The notes: a model not told the origin generated them from the letters alone. Positions 1 to 13,500 are shown, counted from the first letter of the stretch. The stretch: DNA of 64,000 nt from Basidiobolus meristosporus CBS 931.73 (GCA_002104905.1 MCFE01000475.1:1-64000); one strand, 5' to 3'. Numbers and translations: made by a program.

Positions 1-540
1 CAACTATCAGAGTAATAAATCCTAACAATGGGAAAAATTTAAATATAGATTGGCATATGAATAGCTAAGTGCACCAGTTAGTGTATCTAGCATTTCCTCC
101 ACCTACCATATCCAGGCTTGCCATGTAACAACAGTCACTTTAATACTAAAATAAATCTATAATATACATCCTACATTATCAGAACCTTATTTTTTATGGC
201 ATTACTATTTGCAATATAGCTTTGGTACTGAGCATAGCCACTGTATTCTTAGTGCATAGTCCATGAGCAGCTGGCTCCTTGAGTTACTCAAGTCTTCAAT
301 TGTACATGGTGTTCAAAAATGCAGCTGACTGCTCCTTTACCATACTAGTTTGCTGAAGCTGTATTTTGGGAAACTAATTTGACTTGGCAATCTATCAATC
401 GATCAAAGCAGTCCCATAGAGTCTAGCGGATCAACAGTTTTGTAGTCAAATATTTATGATTGACAAAGGTTATAAAATACAGTGAGTAGATGATGCTTGT
501 TGCGAACTATACAAACCACACATTAATGAAGTCAGGGATT

Positions 541-1817
541 TTACTTCATCACAAGAGAATACGGGTGGAGCGGCCCCAGCACTGAAGTTACAAAGTCAAA
601 TTCCTCTTCCAACTTGTTGAACATTGCAAAAGTATCCTTTGCCAGTGGTCCTAGTGATTTTCCGGTCAGCTTTCTGTACAAAGTGGCGAATCTAGAAACT
701 GCAAGGGACATGAGTAAGTATGCTTAAACATAGCACCCCAACCACAAGACCACCCATTACTTATGATTCTCTTTCTTTGAGGGAAGTCAGCGAAGACAAT
801 GCTGTAGAGCTGCCTTATATGAGTTTTGACCTCAGTAGATACGCAGCTGCTGTGTAGCAGCATCAAATCGATTTGAAGGAACCCTTTACTCCCGTCGGGA
901 GGATTACCGAGTATACGATCAACATAAATAGAGTCCTTCCCCCAAGTAGAAAGCAGCTCGTCACACACTATTTGAGTAATTGTTTGCATGAATTGCCTTG
1001 TTGGATTGGAACACAATTCCAGGACCCATTTGAGAAGCAAGCCGGCAACCTCCTCTCGGAAAGTATCCCTTCCCGATCGGATGGTGATGTGTAAACCGCA
1101 GGATGATAACTTGGCTCCAATACTGATCAGTCGCTCTAGGTCGGTGGATAATTCTAGAATAACCCTTCCCTGTAAAAAGTTAATGAAGAACGCGCACAGA
1201 ATACCTTGGAGGGAAATACCTTTTCCTGGGCGATATTAATTACTTCAAGTACCTCCTCGTTGGTAAGACCAGTAGCTTGTTGGATTTGACTGGCGAAATC
1301 TGATTGGGTCTCTCCCTTTGCTCTTCCAAAGAACACATGCAAATGTAAACTGCTCCGTCTCCTCATTAGATATGCACAATCCGGCCAGGAAGGATTCTTC
1401 TTCAATATGCTGGGAATCTAGGATCTGCACGTTCCACCTAGGGGGAGAAAAGAGGTACGTTTCTTGTATATAATCCAAAGTCGTCCTTATAGTTTCGGTA
1501 ATCGACTGCAGCAATTCAAATGGCAACGCGTATAAGTCATTGTTGCTATTATGAAGGAGTTTAGCAGAGTTATTTGGCAAATACGCTTCAGAACAACCTT
1601 ACCTGACTTTAGCACTCTTCTGGAAAACGGTGTTTTCGTGAGTATATAGTAATTGGTGGTACTCTACACAATTTTTGCTCAAGGAAGTTCGAAATGCAAG
1701 TAATATCTCAGCCTCAGTAGAGGGAGTAAGATTGTACTTATGGTAATGCGGTGCTTGGCATAGATACTCGGATAATATGAGTCTATATGGGAGGATTGCT
1801 GTAGTTGAAGAATTCAT
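541..1817 (-). pseudogene. Truncated UBR1 (N-recognin)-like gene: N-terminus plus ClpS-like region, no UBR-box, one frameshift
   Basis: Joining ORFs 1599-1817, 1245-1580, 1154-1405 and 666-1040 across short GT-AG introns (e.g. 1546-1602) gives ...FACVLW/..FASQIQQATG..KGRVILELSTDLERLISIGAKLSSCGLHITIRSGRDTFREEVAGLLLKW..VCDELL..QIDLMLL..IRQLY..SRFATLY. This matches the remembered fungal Ubr1 pattern (VTIRSARDTFREQ; RFAGLY). Frameshift near 1315, stop at 541-543. Confidence 0.7.
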
Positions 1818-3674
1818 TGATATGCCGGTAAATGTTCTAATTTTTACAAAGAATTATGTTGTTGAAAATCAAATCTAAGTTCTATAGCAATGAGGGGTCA
1901 TTTAGGGGAGAATTATTATTGGACCATAGTAATATAATGACGTGTCAATAGCAACATACCAATAAAGAGTAAATTGATAGAATAGTTTTACGTCAGCTTC
2001 TGTCACAAACCTTGAAGATTATGCTTACTAATCATGATCCTCCACACTAAATATCTGAATTCTAGCCCCATCAGTATATATATACATATATGGTTCACAC
2101 TTGGAAGTGGAAGAAGCAATTATATTGGCTCTCCCCATTGTATCTCATCCATGAATATAAGCACAAGCTAAAGTAGCACCATTAGCAAGATTATTTATAT
2201 ATATATATATTAAATTTATTGATCCAATTATATACCCACATAGGATGGTAAACATGTATCTGTATTAATACTACATGTTATGCTGACTCTGATAGTGTGC
2301 TTAAGTAACATCATACCATTGGATAAAATTCATTGAAATCAAGGATGTATGGAAATTCCAATGTAATAAAGTAGGAATATAAGTGAGTAATTAGTAGGCT
2401 ATTCCACAATCGGACATTATTTTCAATTAAGGCTACACTACACCACTCACAACAATGCAGCCACTGAGCTTCTGAAAGAAAGCAGAGCTCATGAAGGTAA
2501 ATAGACTGGGTGTTAAGCGTATCTCTTACCAAAGTCCATTAAGGTTGAATCATGGTTACGATCAAAGTCAATAACCTGACCCATATCTAAATAGACTAAG
2601 AATAAGAAATGGGGGATGATGAAGGCGATGGGACCGGTGTACTTATATAGCTGACAGTAATGCTACATGATTGGATAAAGCAATATCTCTGGTATGCCAA
2701 ACCGTGATGCAAAAATACAGACAAGTCAGCACTTGAGTACAGGGGGGTGACTCATCTTAAATTATCAACTAAGATCAATCTTAAGGCAATCGGTTAATTA
2801 ATCACTCTGGAGTAGTAGTCATATTACTTCTTATGGATGTCACGACTTGAGAACCAATCGAAATATGAATACACCAACCAGACAGCCATGACATCATATT
2901 GATCAAACATTGCTTCAGCACAGTCACCATCCGACTTAATCAGCTGTCCCTATTGGCTGGCTTTGGGGCATATGTTGGAATACCAAATTTGCTGAACTAA
3001 TCAAAACCATGGCTGTGGTTCGTACTATTTTGTTCACTCTTCACTTCCATCATTGATCGGGAAACTCTACTTATGAATACATCTTGTGTAGAGGCAATGT
3101 AATATGTCAACTAGCCGATGGGAAAACTATTTGCGACAATAGTTAGGTGTGTTGTGTTGCCAAAGTCCCCAAGCGCCATACCAACAATGGCGTGGTATTG
3201 GGGCTTACTGATCCTGCGAAGTATGAGCATAGCAATGATTTTTTCTCTGACATTGAGTCTAGAGATGTGACTGATTATTGAGTAATCGTGTGTAGTTTTG
3301 GGGCGCAAAACAATCAGAACCATTGGCAGTGTTATAGATCGAAGGTGGTTCAAGTCAGGTTGCATTGGTATTCCAGAACGAGCTCAACCGCGATAGAGAG
3401 TATCCAAAAATAAAAGGCAGAGTAATCGTCTATTCAGGATGGATTAGAAATAAGCTTTACCAAATATGCGGGTCTGAACAATTATGGTCTAGCGATTAGA
3501 TCCTTGCCAAGCCGACCTGCGGGGAATATTTAGGCTTCTAAACAAAGAAAAGCTTTGGACCGTTGTTGAGGAGCTGAAGGTCAAGAGATCCTTCCTCATG
3601 ATTCATGGGTTGTGCTTACTGATCTTCGAAGCAACCTATTAAGCTGTTGATACCAATAAACTGGATACGTTCTC

Positions 3675-4950
3675 TACCATGGCTGCCTCCAATGCTGGTC
3701 AAATTAATATGACTTCAGACCGCTGTCTTCTTGTACCTGGGAGTCGGCCCATTTCAACCGCAAGTTCATACCGGAAAGGGCGGTTCGCCCTAAAGGTGCA
3801 GGCACTCATGGATGTTTCGCAGGGTGCTACTCATCTGACCAAGGTCAAGCTTCTTTAGTGGTGGAACAATATAGGTTGGTATTTATCCGCTTTTTCATAG
3901 TCACAGCGACAATGGCCCCGCCGATTGTGCTGCGTGGGCTTATCGTGAAACTCTACGCATGAGGAATCTGTGCATGACTGGGAACAACACCCCCATCCTC
4001 TTCATTCGTAACCCCATCAAATTTCCAAACTTCGTTCACACACCAACACTTAATCCGAAAAGAATCATCCAGATGCCAGAGTCCACTCATCAAACTAGAT
4101 CTTGTTCCCAGACCACTAGGGATCCTGCCGCATAAGTACCTACTAGAGTTACACACTGAAACTTGTGACTGAGAAAGGCGAGTTCATGTATGTCAAATAG
4201 TACCATAAGGTTGATCAGTGAACAGCGTTTTTACCGATGAAGCTGTTGCAATGGTTTGTCAAGGATCCGGATTATGGGTACAAATTCGTTCTCTAACCAT
4301 TGGGCAGAGGAACCACCACTCATGGAATGCGTATATTCAGGTGATGGTCCTGAGCACGGGATTCATTTGATGTCATTAAAGCATGACCTCACAGCGGCGT
4401 TCTACCTCAAGAGGTTGGCAGAATGACAATTAACAAAGTTTTGAACACCACATAGTGAAAATGGAGTAGGTACCGCTCTCACCCTCTAACATGGTACCTA
4501 GTATAGGGACTTCATACATCGTGGTCGTATGTTCGCTCACTCCAATGCCCATCGGTACCGGGATGCTGTACCTATGGTAGATGATGAGTATGCACAAGCC
4601 GGAATGCTCTATCAAATCTCCATCAAATACTGCCATTTTCCCCTCAATATCATGCTCCATATAAAAATTTCAACGCATGCACTACCGCCTGGATGATTGC
4701 ATAAGCCGCCACCGGCGATAGAAAATAGGAGCATCAATCCACTAAATAGATAAAGGATCTTGCACGTGACTCGCATGAAATGAGTTTTGCCATTTATTTT
4801 TCGAGGGTGCAGGCTAATATTACCGCAGTTTTTATCAAATGTCCCAACATTATGAGAAGTCGGCAGTCCGACCATCAAACCACCCTACCATGCTTTTGCC
4901 GTCAATGTACGTAATTACCACCACATGTCCGGCATTTTCAACTGCTTTGC
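3675..4950 (+). pseudogene. Catalase (monofunctional heme catalase) pseudogene
   Basis: Fragments in shifting frames: AHFNRKFIPERAVRPKGAGTHG (cf. [22 protein letters not shown]), GNNTPILFIRNPIKFPNFVHT, KLVTEKGEFMYVK*, DPDYG, FDVIKA*PH, SPSNMVP, GRMFAHSNAHRYR (cf. GRLFSYPDAHRYR). Many stops and frameshifts; catalytic His and heme-ligand Tyr are substituted. Confidence 0.9.
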
Positions 4951-5399
4951 AAACTGTACGGTGCATGAAGCAGCTGGATCCGAATCATCTCAGTTAAACC
5001 TGCTATGACCAAAATCCGGTTGATTGGGCCACGCTTTTTAGGGATTGACAACCCTCTTGTTGACAAATATGGGACTCGTGATTGCAAAGCAGCACGACTA
5101 TACCCCTTTAGCCCCTAAAGTGTAAAGAAGACTTGGTTTGATAAGCAGGTTACAAAAACGTTGGAGATCAGTCAGGTATGACTGTGAGATCAACTCCTTG
5201 ATATATATACTGTAATATATATGACTGTGGATCAACTCCACAGCGGAGTTCTGGAATTCAATCAATCCAATAGCCTCTTAACCAATCAGCCCGCGTAAAA
5301 ACCAAGCCCGATTGTTTGCATCAAGTTCATACTCATGTTTCAAACCCTTCTTTCAAGGCTGAGTTTTCTCCACCAAAAATGTTGAACAGATTCACACTA

Positions 5400-6440
5400 G
5401 ACCAGTGTCGATCAACGAAGATTTCTCCACATTGTTCTACTAGCAGAAACTGAAAACACGTTCTTGAATAGCCCCATTTCGGTATTCGTCATGCCAAGAT
5501 CAGTGTTGCCAGTAAAGCGATCGGGTAGGAATTTCTCCAGGTCTGGAAAATAGGACTTCTTGTTGTGTAACGGGAAGATGTTAATGGTGAGCTGAGAACG
5601 TTCTGGGACATAGTAACCAGCAAGCATCGTGCCGCTACGTGCAGTTCGAAGATTAAGAGGTACACTGGGGGATTGGCGCATGGCCTCAGCCAGTACAGCA
5701 TGTGTGTACTTGAGTTTGTTCATTTCTTCGTAATACGCTCAATAAAGAATCTATCCGAGATATCTCCGAAAACTGACTCGAGCTCCGCAAAAAGATTCCT
5801 CTCCACTTGACAGGACTAGTTGCCCGAGATGTGATGAGAATCGGCGGTTATCAGAACGTCAGTGTGCCTGTGTTGCCGAGGATTCATACAATCGAGGGAC
5901 CAACTTTAGGGTAAGTGAACGGGCCTCTGGAGAGCGGTTAATGACTACATGCTGAGTTTCTTTGGTATGTAGCACACTTGGAATCCAATCATTCACCGTA
6001 CCACTTTCACAATAATTATGGGACACGGACTTCAGGACAGAAAACTTTAGAAAAAGCAATATCGAAGTGGAATGCGGTCGTCAAGATTTTCCCATCCTCA
6101 TCCTCCAGGAAACTAATGATATGGATTTCAAGACCTTGTGTGAGCAAGAATACAGAGTTGCCTGTGATCACATAGTCGAGGTACGGTCATCACTGATCCG
6201 CATATGCATGGGATGGTGATGCTTACCAATTCAACAGCTGCAAGAAATCTTGAGTGCCCTACGAGGATTGAGAACTTCAGATGCTGAAGTGGTGACCGGT
6301 AACAAGGGGAAGATCACTGTACTTTGCTGTTTGTTTGCTTCGCTTCTCTTGCTTGATTTACTCAATGCGAATTATTCCATACCACAAGAGGGTCGGTCTG
6401 GAAAAATGAAAACCATCCACCCAATTTGCCTATTGTCGGG
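5400..6440 (-). pseudogene. Cytochrome P450 pseudogene
   Basis: ORF 5412-5723 has LKYTHAVLAEAMR (ExxR) and FLPDRF (PERF-like). Upstream KILTTAFHFDI resembles the CYP C-helix region. The heme-binding FxxGxxxC motif is destroyed and there are frameshifts. Confidence 0.85.
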
Positions 6441-8268
6441 GTCCAGTTTCGGGAGATCAAGTTCTCCAAGAAACGATCATAGCTCTATAGGAACCGAGAC
6501 TCACCGACCTAATCGCTGAACGCTAGCTCTCTGGTTGACCGCATCCTCCTGACTCACGCTCACAAGTAGCCCAGCCTTCGTCCTCAAACACCGTAGGTTT
6601 CAACCCGCCAATCTCCAAGGCAAACAAGGGGAGGCTATTGGGAAAAGTGCTCTCGGTACGTTCCCATTCCTCCTCAACTTGTTTGTGTCTTAGCAAATTC
6701 CCAGCCCAGGTTTTTCTGGGTGGGTACTTCTCTATGACCCAGGGACTGGTAACACCTTCGAACCTTCTCGAGTGCACTTTCAGTCTCTTCCCGTCGCATC
6801 TGCCGAAACGTAGAGTTGAACTTCACCAGGGATTTGAAGAGTATGTATAGTCGCATTATCACTAGCTTATTCCAAGGGCCTTGTGGTTGCAGTGTGGAAC
6901 CATGAGATCAGTTTTTAAGTCTTGCTACTATGCGGCATCTCTTTCGCCCTTTCTTAATGGAGGTCTTTTCCACACCTGTGCTTAATGGTTAGGTAACCCA
7001 GAGTTCTCCTGATCAGGCCCTTTAGTCAACCATGGATATGTAGTACAGATGATGTTGCCAATTATTGGAATTGCGACATATTTGGAATCTTCACTGCAAT
7101 TACTGGTGCTTGGATGGAATGGAATATGCTAAAATAGATCTAATAAAAGATTCTGCCTCTAATATCAAAATGATCTGCATACTCCTCTACTTGCAGTTTT
7201 GCTTGTGGTGAAAGTCCCATATAGCGAATATGTGTATAGTGGTGTGGTTCATCTGTATTTACATTTTGTAGAGTAAGATGTACAGTCATATAGTGATTTC
7301 TTTTGCAAGATTCTAGGCTGTGTTAGAAGTGATAAGGAGAACTACAAGAGTTGCATATGCAGTGTGCAAACTTTGGCGGCTTTTGGACAAGTCTGAAAAT
7401 ATAATACCTCCAGCCCTTCACCAATTCCAAGAATTAGCCAATAACTCACAAACCAAATCGTAAACAAGCAACTCATAACTTCGCAATAAGCCAAGTAGAA
7501 TCTCAAGGTATATGAATGGTGTAGATGTAAACTAAATGATTGTATTAATCTTAAGAGTATTGAGGTAACCCTCACCAGATTTCCTCAAATGTACAGCTGG
7601 GGGAATCTAGGAATACATGGATATTTTGCCCTAAGAAAACTACATATGCAATCAGCATGTGTTTTAACTTTACTTTAAAAAGCCTACTGAGCATCTAAGT
7701 ATGACAACACGGTGGGCAGCTATGTACTATTGATGATGCAGTATTTTGTTTACACCTTGACCATTTATATACCTCAAGATTCTACATAGCGTATTGCTCA
7801 ATTATGAGCTACTTAGCATTCAGTGTATAAGACACTTGAAAATCTTAGAATTTGTGAAGGCCTGGATGTTATGAAGATTACTCAAACTTGTACAAAACCC
7901 ACCACATTTAGCACACCACTTCTTGGGATTTTTCTCAAAACATCCTTGTCATTAGCTTTGCAAAGCTCTTCTGAAAGCAGAAATACTTTATTACAATAAA
8001 GCAACATGTATATATGATGCAGCATTTCTTGCACCCAAAGTCATTACTATTACTGCCTAGAATCTGATAACAATATAAGCAATTGAGATCTATGGTTGAT
8101 CGATATGAACGATTGTCCAACATTGGGTCAAAAATGGCCAAAAATCAACAAACCAATGCATATAATTATGTATTTGCTTTATTCTAAACAAGGAACCACA
8201 AAGTGTATTTATCGTCGCGTATATAACCAAGCACCACTAAATTAAGGATTGGTTATTAGTATGGATTG

Positions 8269-9160
8269 CTATTTGGCTGCTTGTGGAGCCTTGCTTAAGT
8301 GGAGAGCGAGAAAACAGCAGGCTGCAGCGAGGGTAACAAACCCTGAGAATAGTATTGGAGGAATGTACTCCATTTTACCGCCCCCAGCTGTACCCTTCAA
8401 AGCTGTGGCGATGGGTGTCCCTACTAGATTGCCGACTATTGTGGTAGCAAATACAAGACCTAGCGCATTTCCGAGCCGTTGAACACCTGAAAACCCTGTG
8501 AGTAGAGCTTCTCATTCTAGCATAGGCAAAGACTTACCAGTAATCTGCGCAGTCACTACGAAAAAGCCATACGCAAGAACAAAAATACACATAAGAGCAT
8601 AGTTATGAGCAAACGACCATAGCAACAGAATCGATATGCCTGCGAGGGAGGTACAACTGGTGATAGTGGCTGTATTCCCCAGTTTGTCGGCAACAAAGCC
8701 AAATATAATCCGGCCTACTGCATTTGCACCACTCATTAACCTACAAAGAGTCCACCAGCACCGGAGCCAAATCCGGCATAAGTGCAGTATTCTAGCAATG
8801 GAGTTAGTTTTGTGCTCATACATCGATACTGTAAACACTCACCTGGAGTTAGGAAAAACGGGATAACATAGGCGAAGTATTCGAAAAAGGCGGTGGTAAG
8901 CAAAATAACAAATCTCCTATCCTGAAGTGCGGAGAAATCTAGCTGGAATGGTCGCTTAGGTCTCTCAACACGTCCCTTGAGAAGAAATGCTGCGATAATT
9001 AGGAAAATAAATGCATGGATCGCAGAAATATTCCTAACGGTAGTAAAATTGCGCCTAACCCAACAAGCTTCCTTTGATTGGGCCCAGTAGTACGATCAGT
9101 GCGGTACCAACAGTACCCACCAACGCCAGGACAGAAATCGAGACGCTCTCTTTAACTAAG
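8269..9160 (-). pseudogene. MFS monocarboxylate-transporter-like gene, C-terminal half only
   Basis: LDFSALQDRRF, GANAVGRIIFGFVADKLG, LLLWSFAHNYALMCIFVLAYGFF, GNALGLVFATTIVGNLVGTPIA are typical MCH/MCT helices. One 42-nt GT-AG intron. Internal deletion and frameshift; the 5' half is replaced by copia LTRs from 9257. Confidence 0.8.
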
Positions 9161-9256
9161 CAACCATATAGATAGCATAATCAGGAATATAAGCATCTAG
9201 CTATGTCTATTCCCTATATGTGGCCTCTTCTGTGCTTGTACCTGGACATTTGTATA

Positions 9257-9592
9257 TGTTGTAAAAATTCGGAATCCCACCTAAATATTCACCTAACTTA
9301 GTCACTTGGATCATTACCTACAAATCTCAGAGAATACTGACCAAATTCCCTGTTGGTATTTACTTAGAATATTTTCACCAAAACATCAGGTACCCAGAGC
9401 ATGAAAATTAGAGGAGTTCCCCAAACAGCCCCAAACTTTGCTTACATGTTCTTGGGACCTTCCCAAATATGCTTTGCCAAGACCATGTAAAAGTATAAAT
9501 ACTACTTTTACATTCAATAAATCATTAAGTGAAAACCACAAAATCTACTTGTTCTCCCAATCACATCCAATATCTCCAAGACCTGTACAACA
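9257..9592 (+). repeat. Diverged copia-family LTR followed by a decayed PBS
   Basis: TGTTGTAAAA...TACAACA, homologous to 10170-10519. Followed by GGATAATGTGCCC, a degenerate GGTTATGAGCCC. No internal domain follows. Confidence 0.9.
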
Positions 9593-9817
9593 GGATAATG
9601 TGCCCCCATAGATTTCTGTCACTGGGACAAAAGCTAAAGTCTTTTCATAGATCTTCCATATGTAATTCATGATATATATTTTTCCCAAATATACTGTAGT
9701 TTATATATATATTGAACTGTAAGGAATCCCTACTGCCCAAACCTAGATGATTGATTATGAAAAGTCAAGCAATCAATGCACTTTAAATCTGACCATATAG
9801 TACCCAACACTAAATTG

Positions 9818-10149
9818 TGTTGTAAAAATTTGTATTTCCACCTAAATATTCACCTAACTTAGTCACTTAGATCATTACCTTCAAATCCTAGAGAATACTA
9901 ACCAAATTCCTTGTTGGGATTTACTTAGAATATTTACCCAGAACATGAAAATTAGATAAGTTGTCCAAACAGCCCCAAACTTTGCACACATGTTCTTGGG
10001 ACCTTTCTTAACCTATTCTACGTGTTTGTAATGCCAAGACCAGGTAAAAGTATAAATACTACTTTTACATTCAATAAATCATTAAGTGAAAACCACATTA
10101 TCTACTTGTTCTCCCAATCACTTCCAATATCTCTAAGACTCTTACAACA
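9818..10149 (+). repeat. Solo copia LTR
   Basis: TG...CA LTR nearly identical to 10170-10519 apart from a small deletion. Flanks AATTG/AGTTG look like a TSD with one mismatch. Confidence 0.9.
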
Positions 10150-10519
10150 AGTTGCAATCAACTTATAATTGTTGTAAAAATTTGTATTTCCACCTAAATA
10201 TTCACCTAACTTAGTCACTTAGATCAGCACCTTCAAATCCTAGAGAATACTGACCAAATTCCTTGTCGGGATTTACTTAGAATATTCTTCACCAAAATGC
10301 CAGGTACCCAGAACATGAAAATTCTCAAAGTTGTCCAAACAGCCCCAAACTTTGCACACATGTTCTTGGGACCTTCCTTAACCTATTCTACGTGTTTGTA
10401 ATGCCAAGACCAGGTAAAAGTATAAATACTACTTTTACATTCAATAAATCATTAAGTGAAAACCACATAATCAACTTGTTCTCCAAATCACTTCCAATAT
10501 CTCCAAGACTCTTACAACA

Positions 10520-10531
10520 GGTTATGAGCCC
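10520..10531 (+). promoter_or_regulatory. Primer-binding site complementary to the initiator tRNA-Met anticodon stem-loop
   Basis: GGTTATGAGCCC directly after the LTR is the reverse complement of GGGCTCATAACC in fungal tRNA-iMet. It contains the gag ATG (10524). Confidence 0.85.
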
Positions 10532-13500
10532 CAAGCTGTCACTCTCTGCAATGTCAACTACTGCTATTACTGGAATTTTTCCCTCTGCTGAAAAGTTGGA
10601 TGGATCTAACTACCAAGTGTGGAAGGTGAAGATGAAGATGCTGCTACAAGAAAGAGGCCTTTGGGATATTGTCATGGGAGAAGAATTCCCTCCTAAAAAC
10701 GTGGGAGAGGAAGCCTTGAAGTACCAGAAGAAAGAACAAAGTGCCTTTAACTGCATTTGCCTTAATGTCAAGGACAAATTGCTAATTCAATGCTCAAGAG
10801 CAAAAACGGCAAAGAATGCCTGGAAGGCATTAGAAGACACCTACTAGTCATGTTCAGCTGCCAAGAAAATGTATCTGAGAAGAAAATTCTTTGCTACAAA
10901 GATGCTGCCAGGAGAAGAAATGAAAAATCTAATTAACAGAATTACCCTGCTAGTAGATGAGATGGAATCTGTGGGCATACCAACTACTGATGAGGATGTG
11001 ATAGTTACCATCCTGAATAGCCTGACAGACAAGTTTCAGGGCCTTGTATCAGCCCTAGAGTCCAGAACTGAAGATTTGACCCTAAATTATGTATATGGAA
11101 GGCTCCTGGATGAAGAATTAAGAAAATCAAGTGCCAATAAGAAGGAAGAAGAAAATGCTTTAATAAGCAATGATAACCAACAAAGGAGGTACCCAAGACC
11201 CTACAAAGGCAACAGCAACCTATTTTGCAACTACTGCAAAAGGAAAGGACACACATCAGACCGGTGTTTCAAAAAGAGAGATTATCAGCAAAAGAAGCCT
11301 GAATATGGAAATGCTGCAACAACTGAAGATAGACTATTCATATCTGCACTAAATATGACCACAAACAAGGATTCTCAGATGTGGTATATTGACTCTGGAG
11401 CTTCTCAACACTTTACACACCAAAAAGAACTTTTTACCCAATATCAAGAAATTCCAATTAAGAAGGTTTTCATGGGTGACAATAGAACACTTGATGCAGT
11501 GGGAGAAGGAACTATCCAAGTAAACCTTAGAAGCAGTGAAGGAAGCCATACACTGACCTTTAAAGAAGTACTCTATGTACCAGAAATAGCCAAAAACCTA
11601 CTCTCTGTAAGCAAGGCCACAGCAGAAGGACTCAGTTTCAGTTTTGACAATTCTGGATGCAGGATCACTGATCAAAATGGTGCTCATATTGCTTTGGGCA
11701 TCAGAGATCAGAATCTATACAAGTTGACTTATATTCCATCATATCTGGAAGCCAATATAAGTAACTTAAATGAAGAAGCACCAATGCTTTGGCACAGGAG
11801 ATTAGGACACATCAATTTTGATTATTTGCATAAAATGATCAAAGATCAGCTAATTTCTGGAGTGAAAATTGATCCCCCAGCTAATTTGGAGCACTGTGAA
11901 GCCTGCATATATGGGAAACAAGCCAGACAACCGTTCAAGAGCTCTGGGTTAATCAAAACTAAGAAAAAATTAGATCTAATTCACTCAGATCTGTGTGGAC
12001 CTATGCAAAATTTATCCTTAGGCGGGATGAAGTATTTAATCACTTTTATTGATGATTATACAAGATACACATGGGTCTACTTCATGGAGAGAAAGGAAGA
12101 AGCTCTGTCTAAGTTCAGGGAGTTTAAAGCCATGGTGGAGAGAGAAACTGGTGAAAAAATCAAGAAAATACGCTCTGACAATGGTGGAGAATATACCTCA
12201 AAACTCTTCATCCACTTCTGCAAAATTCATGGGATAAAGCAAGAGACTACTGTACCATACTCCCCACAGCAAAATGGAGTAGCAGAACAAGCTAACAGAT
12301 CAATAATTGATATGGCAAGATCTATGATCCATGATCAAAAATTATCCTATGATTTTTGGGCGGAATCAGTTGCCACTGCTGTATATCTTAAAAATAGGAG
12401 TTATAACAGAATACTTCGTGATTCTACTCCACTTGAAGCATGGTATGGATACAGACCAAGTGCAGAACATCTAAGAATATTTGGGTGTACAGCATATGCC
12501 AAAAAACTGGCCGGAAATCAGTCAAAATTTGAGCCAAAAAGTGTAAAATGCATATTTTTAGGCTACTGCAATGAGAGTAAGGCATACAGACTCTACAATA
12601 CCGAAGCAAAGAAGCTGATCAAGTCCAGGGATGTGTTGTTTGATAAAAATTCAAAATTTTCACAAAAAATGACATCAGATGATGACGAAAATTTGATCTC
12701 AAGTCCACCAATTGTCAGGATTGAATCAGAGTAAAACAATGAAAATTTTTTCACTCCAGAGGACTCTACAACCGTGGTTCAGCCAGAATCAGTGCCCAGG
12801 AATATCCCAGAAGTGATCATTCCAGTATCAAATGCCCGGAGATCAAATCGGACAAGAAATAGCCCAAATTACTATATCAATGAGGGTACAAACTTAGCCT
12901 ATGCCTATTCAGTCCATATTGATGAACCCCAGACTGTAAAAGAGGCCCTAAATAGCCCTCAGACAAAGTTTTGGAGATCTGCAATGACTGAGGAATATCA
13001 GGCCCTGATGGAAAATCAAACTTGGGACTTAGTCTAATTACCAATCAACCAAAAATCAATTGGATGCAGATGGGTCTGCAAGACAAAATACAAGGCTGAT
13101 GGCACAATTGAAAGATACAAAGCAAGACTTGTAGCCAAAGGATACTCTCAAACAAAAGGACTTGACTATACTGAGACCTTTGCACCGGTAGCCAAGTTTA
13201 AATCCATCAGATTAATATTGGCTATTGCAGCCAAATATAAGTTTTTTATTCATCAAATGGATGTAAAAACTGCATTTTTGAATGGAGAACTTGATGAGGA
13301 CGTGTATATGGACCAGCCTGATGGGTTTGTTGACCAAAATAACCCCCATTTGGTCTGCAAGCTTAAAAAGTCACTCTATGGTCTCAAACAATCACCAAGA
13401 GCCTGGAATTGCAAGATAGATTCTTATTTGGAATCTTTGAGTTTCAAAAGGAGTAATGCTGACTATAGTATATACTATAAGCCAGATAGAGCAAGTCCAG

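Noticed and set aside
3111-3365. 84-aa ORF and a weak aspartic-protease-like string on the opposite strand
   Set aside because: No catalytic motif; the similarity is too weak.
10845-10847. Programmed gag-pol stop readthrough in the copia
   Set aside because: The stop lies early inside gag and the paralogue has CAG there.
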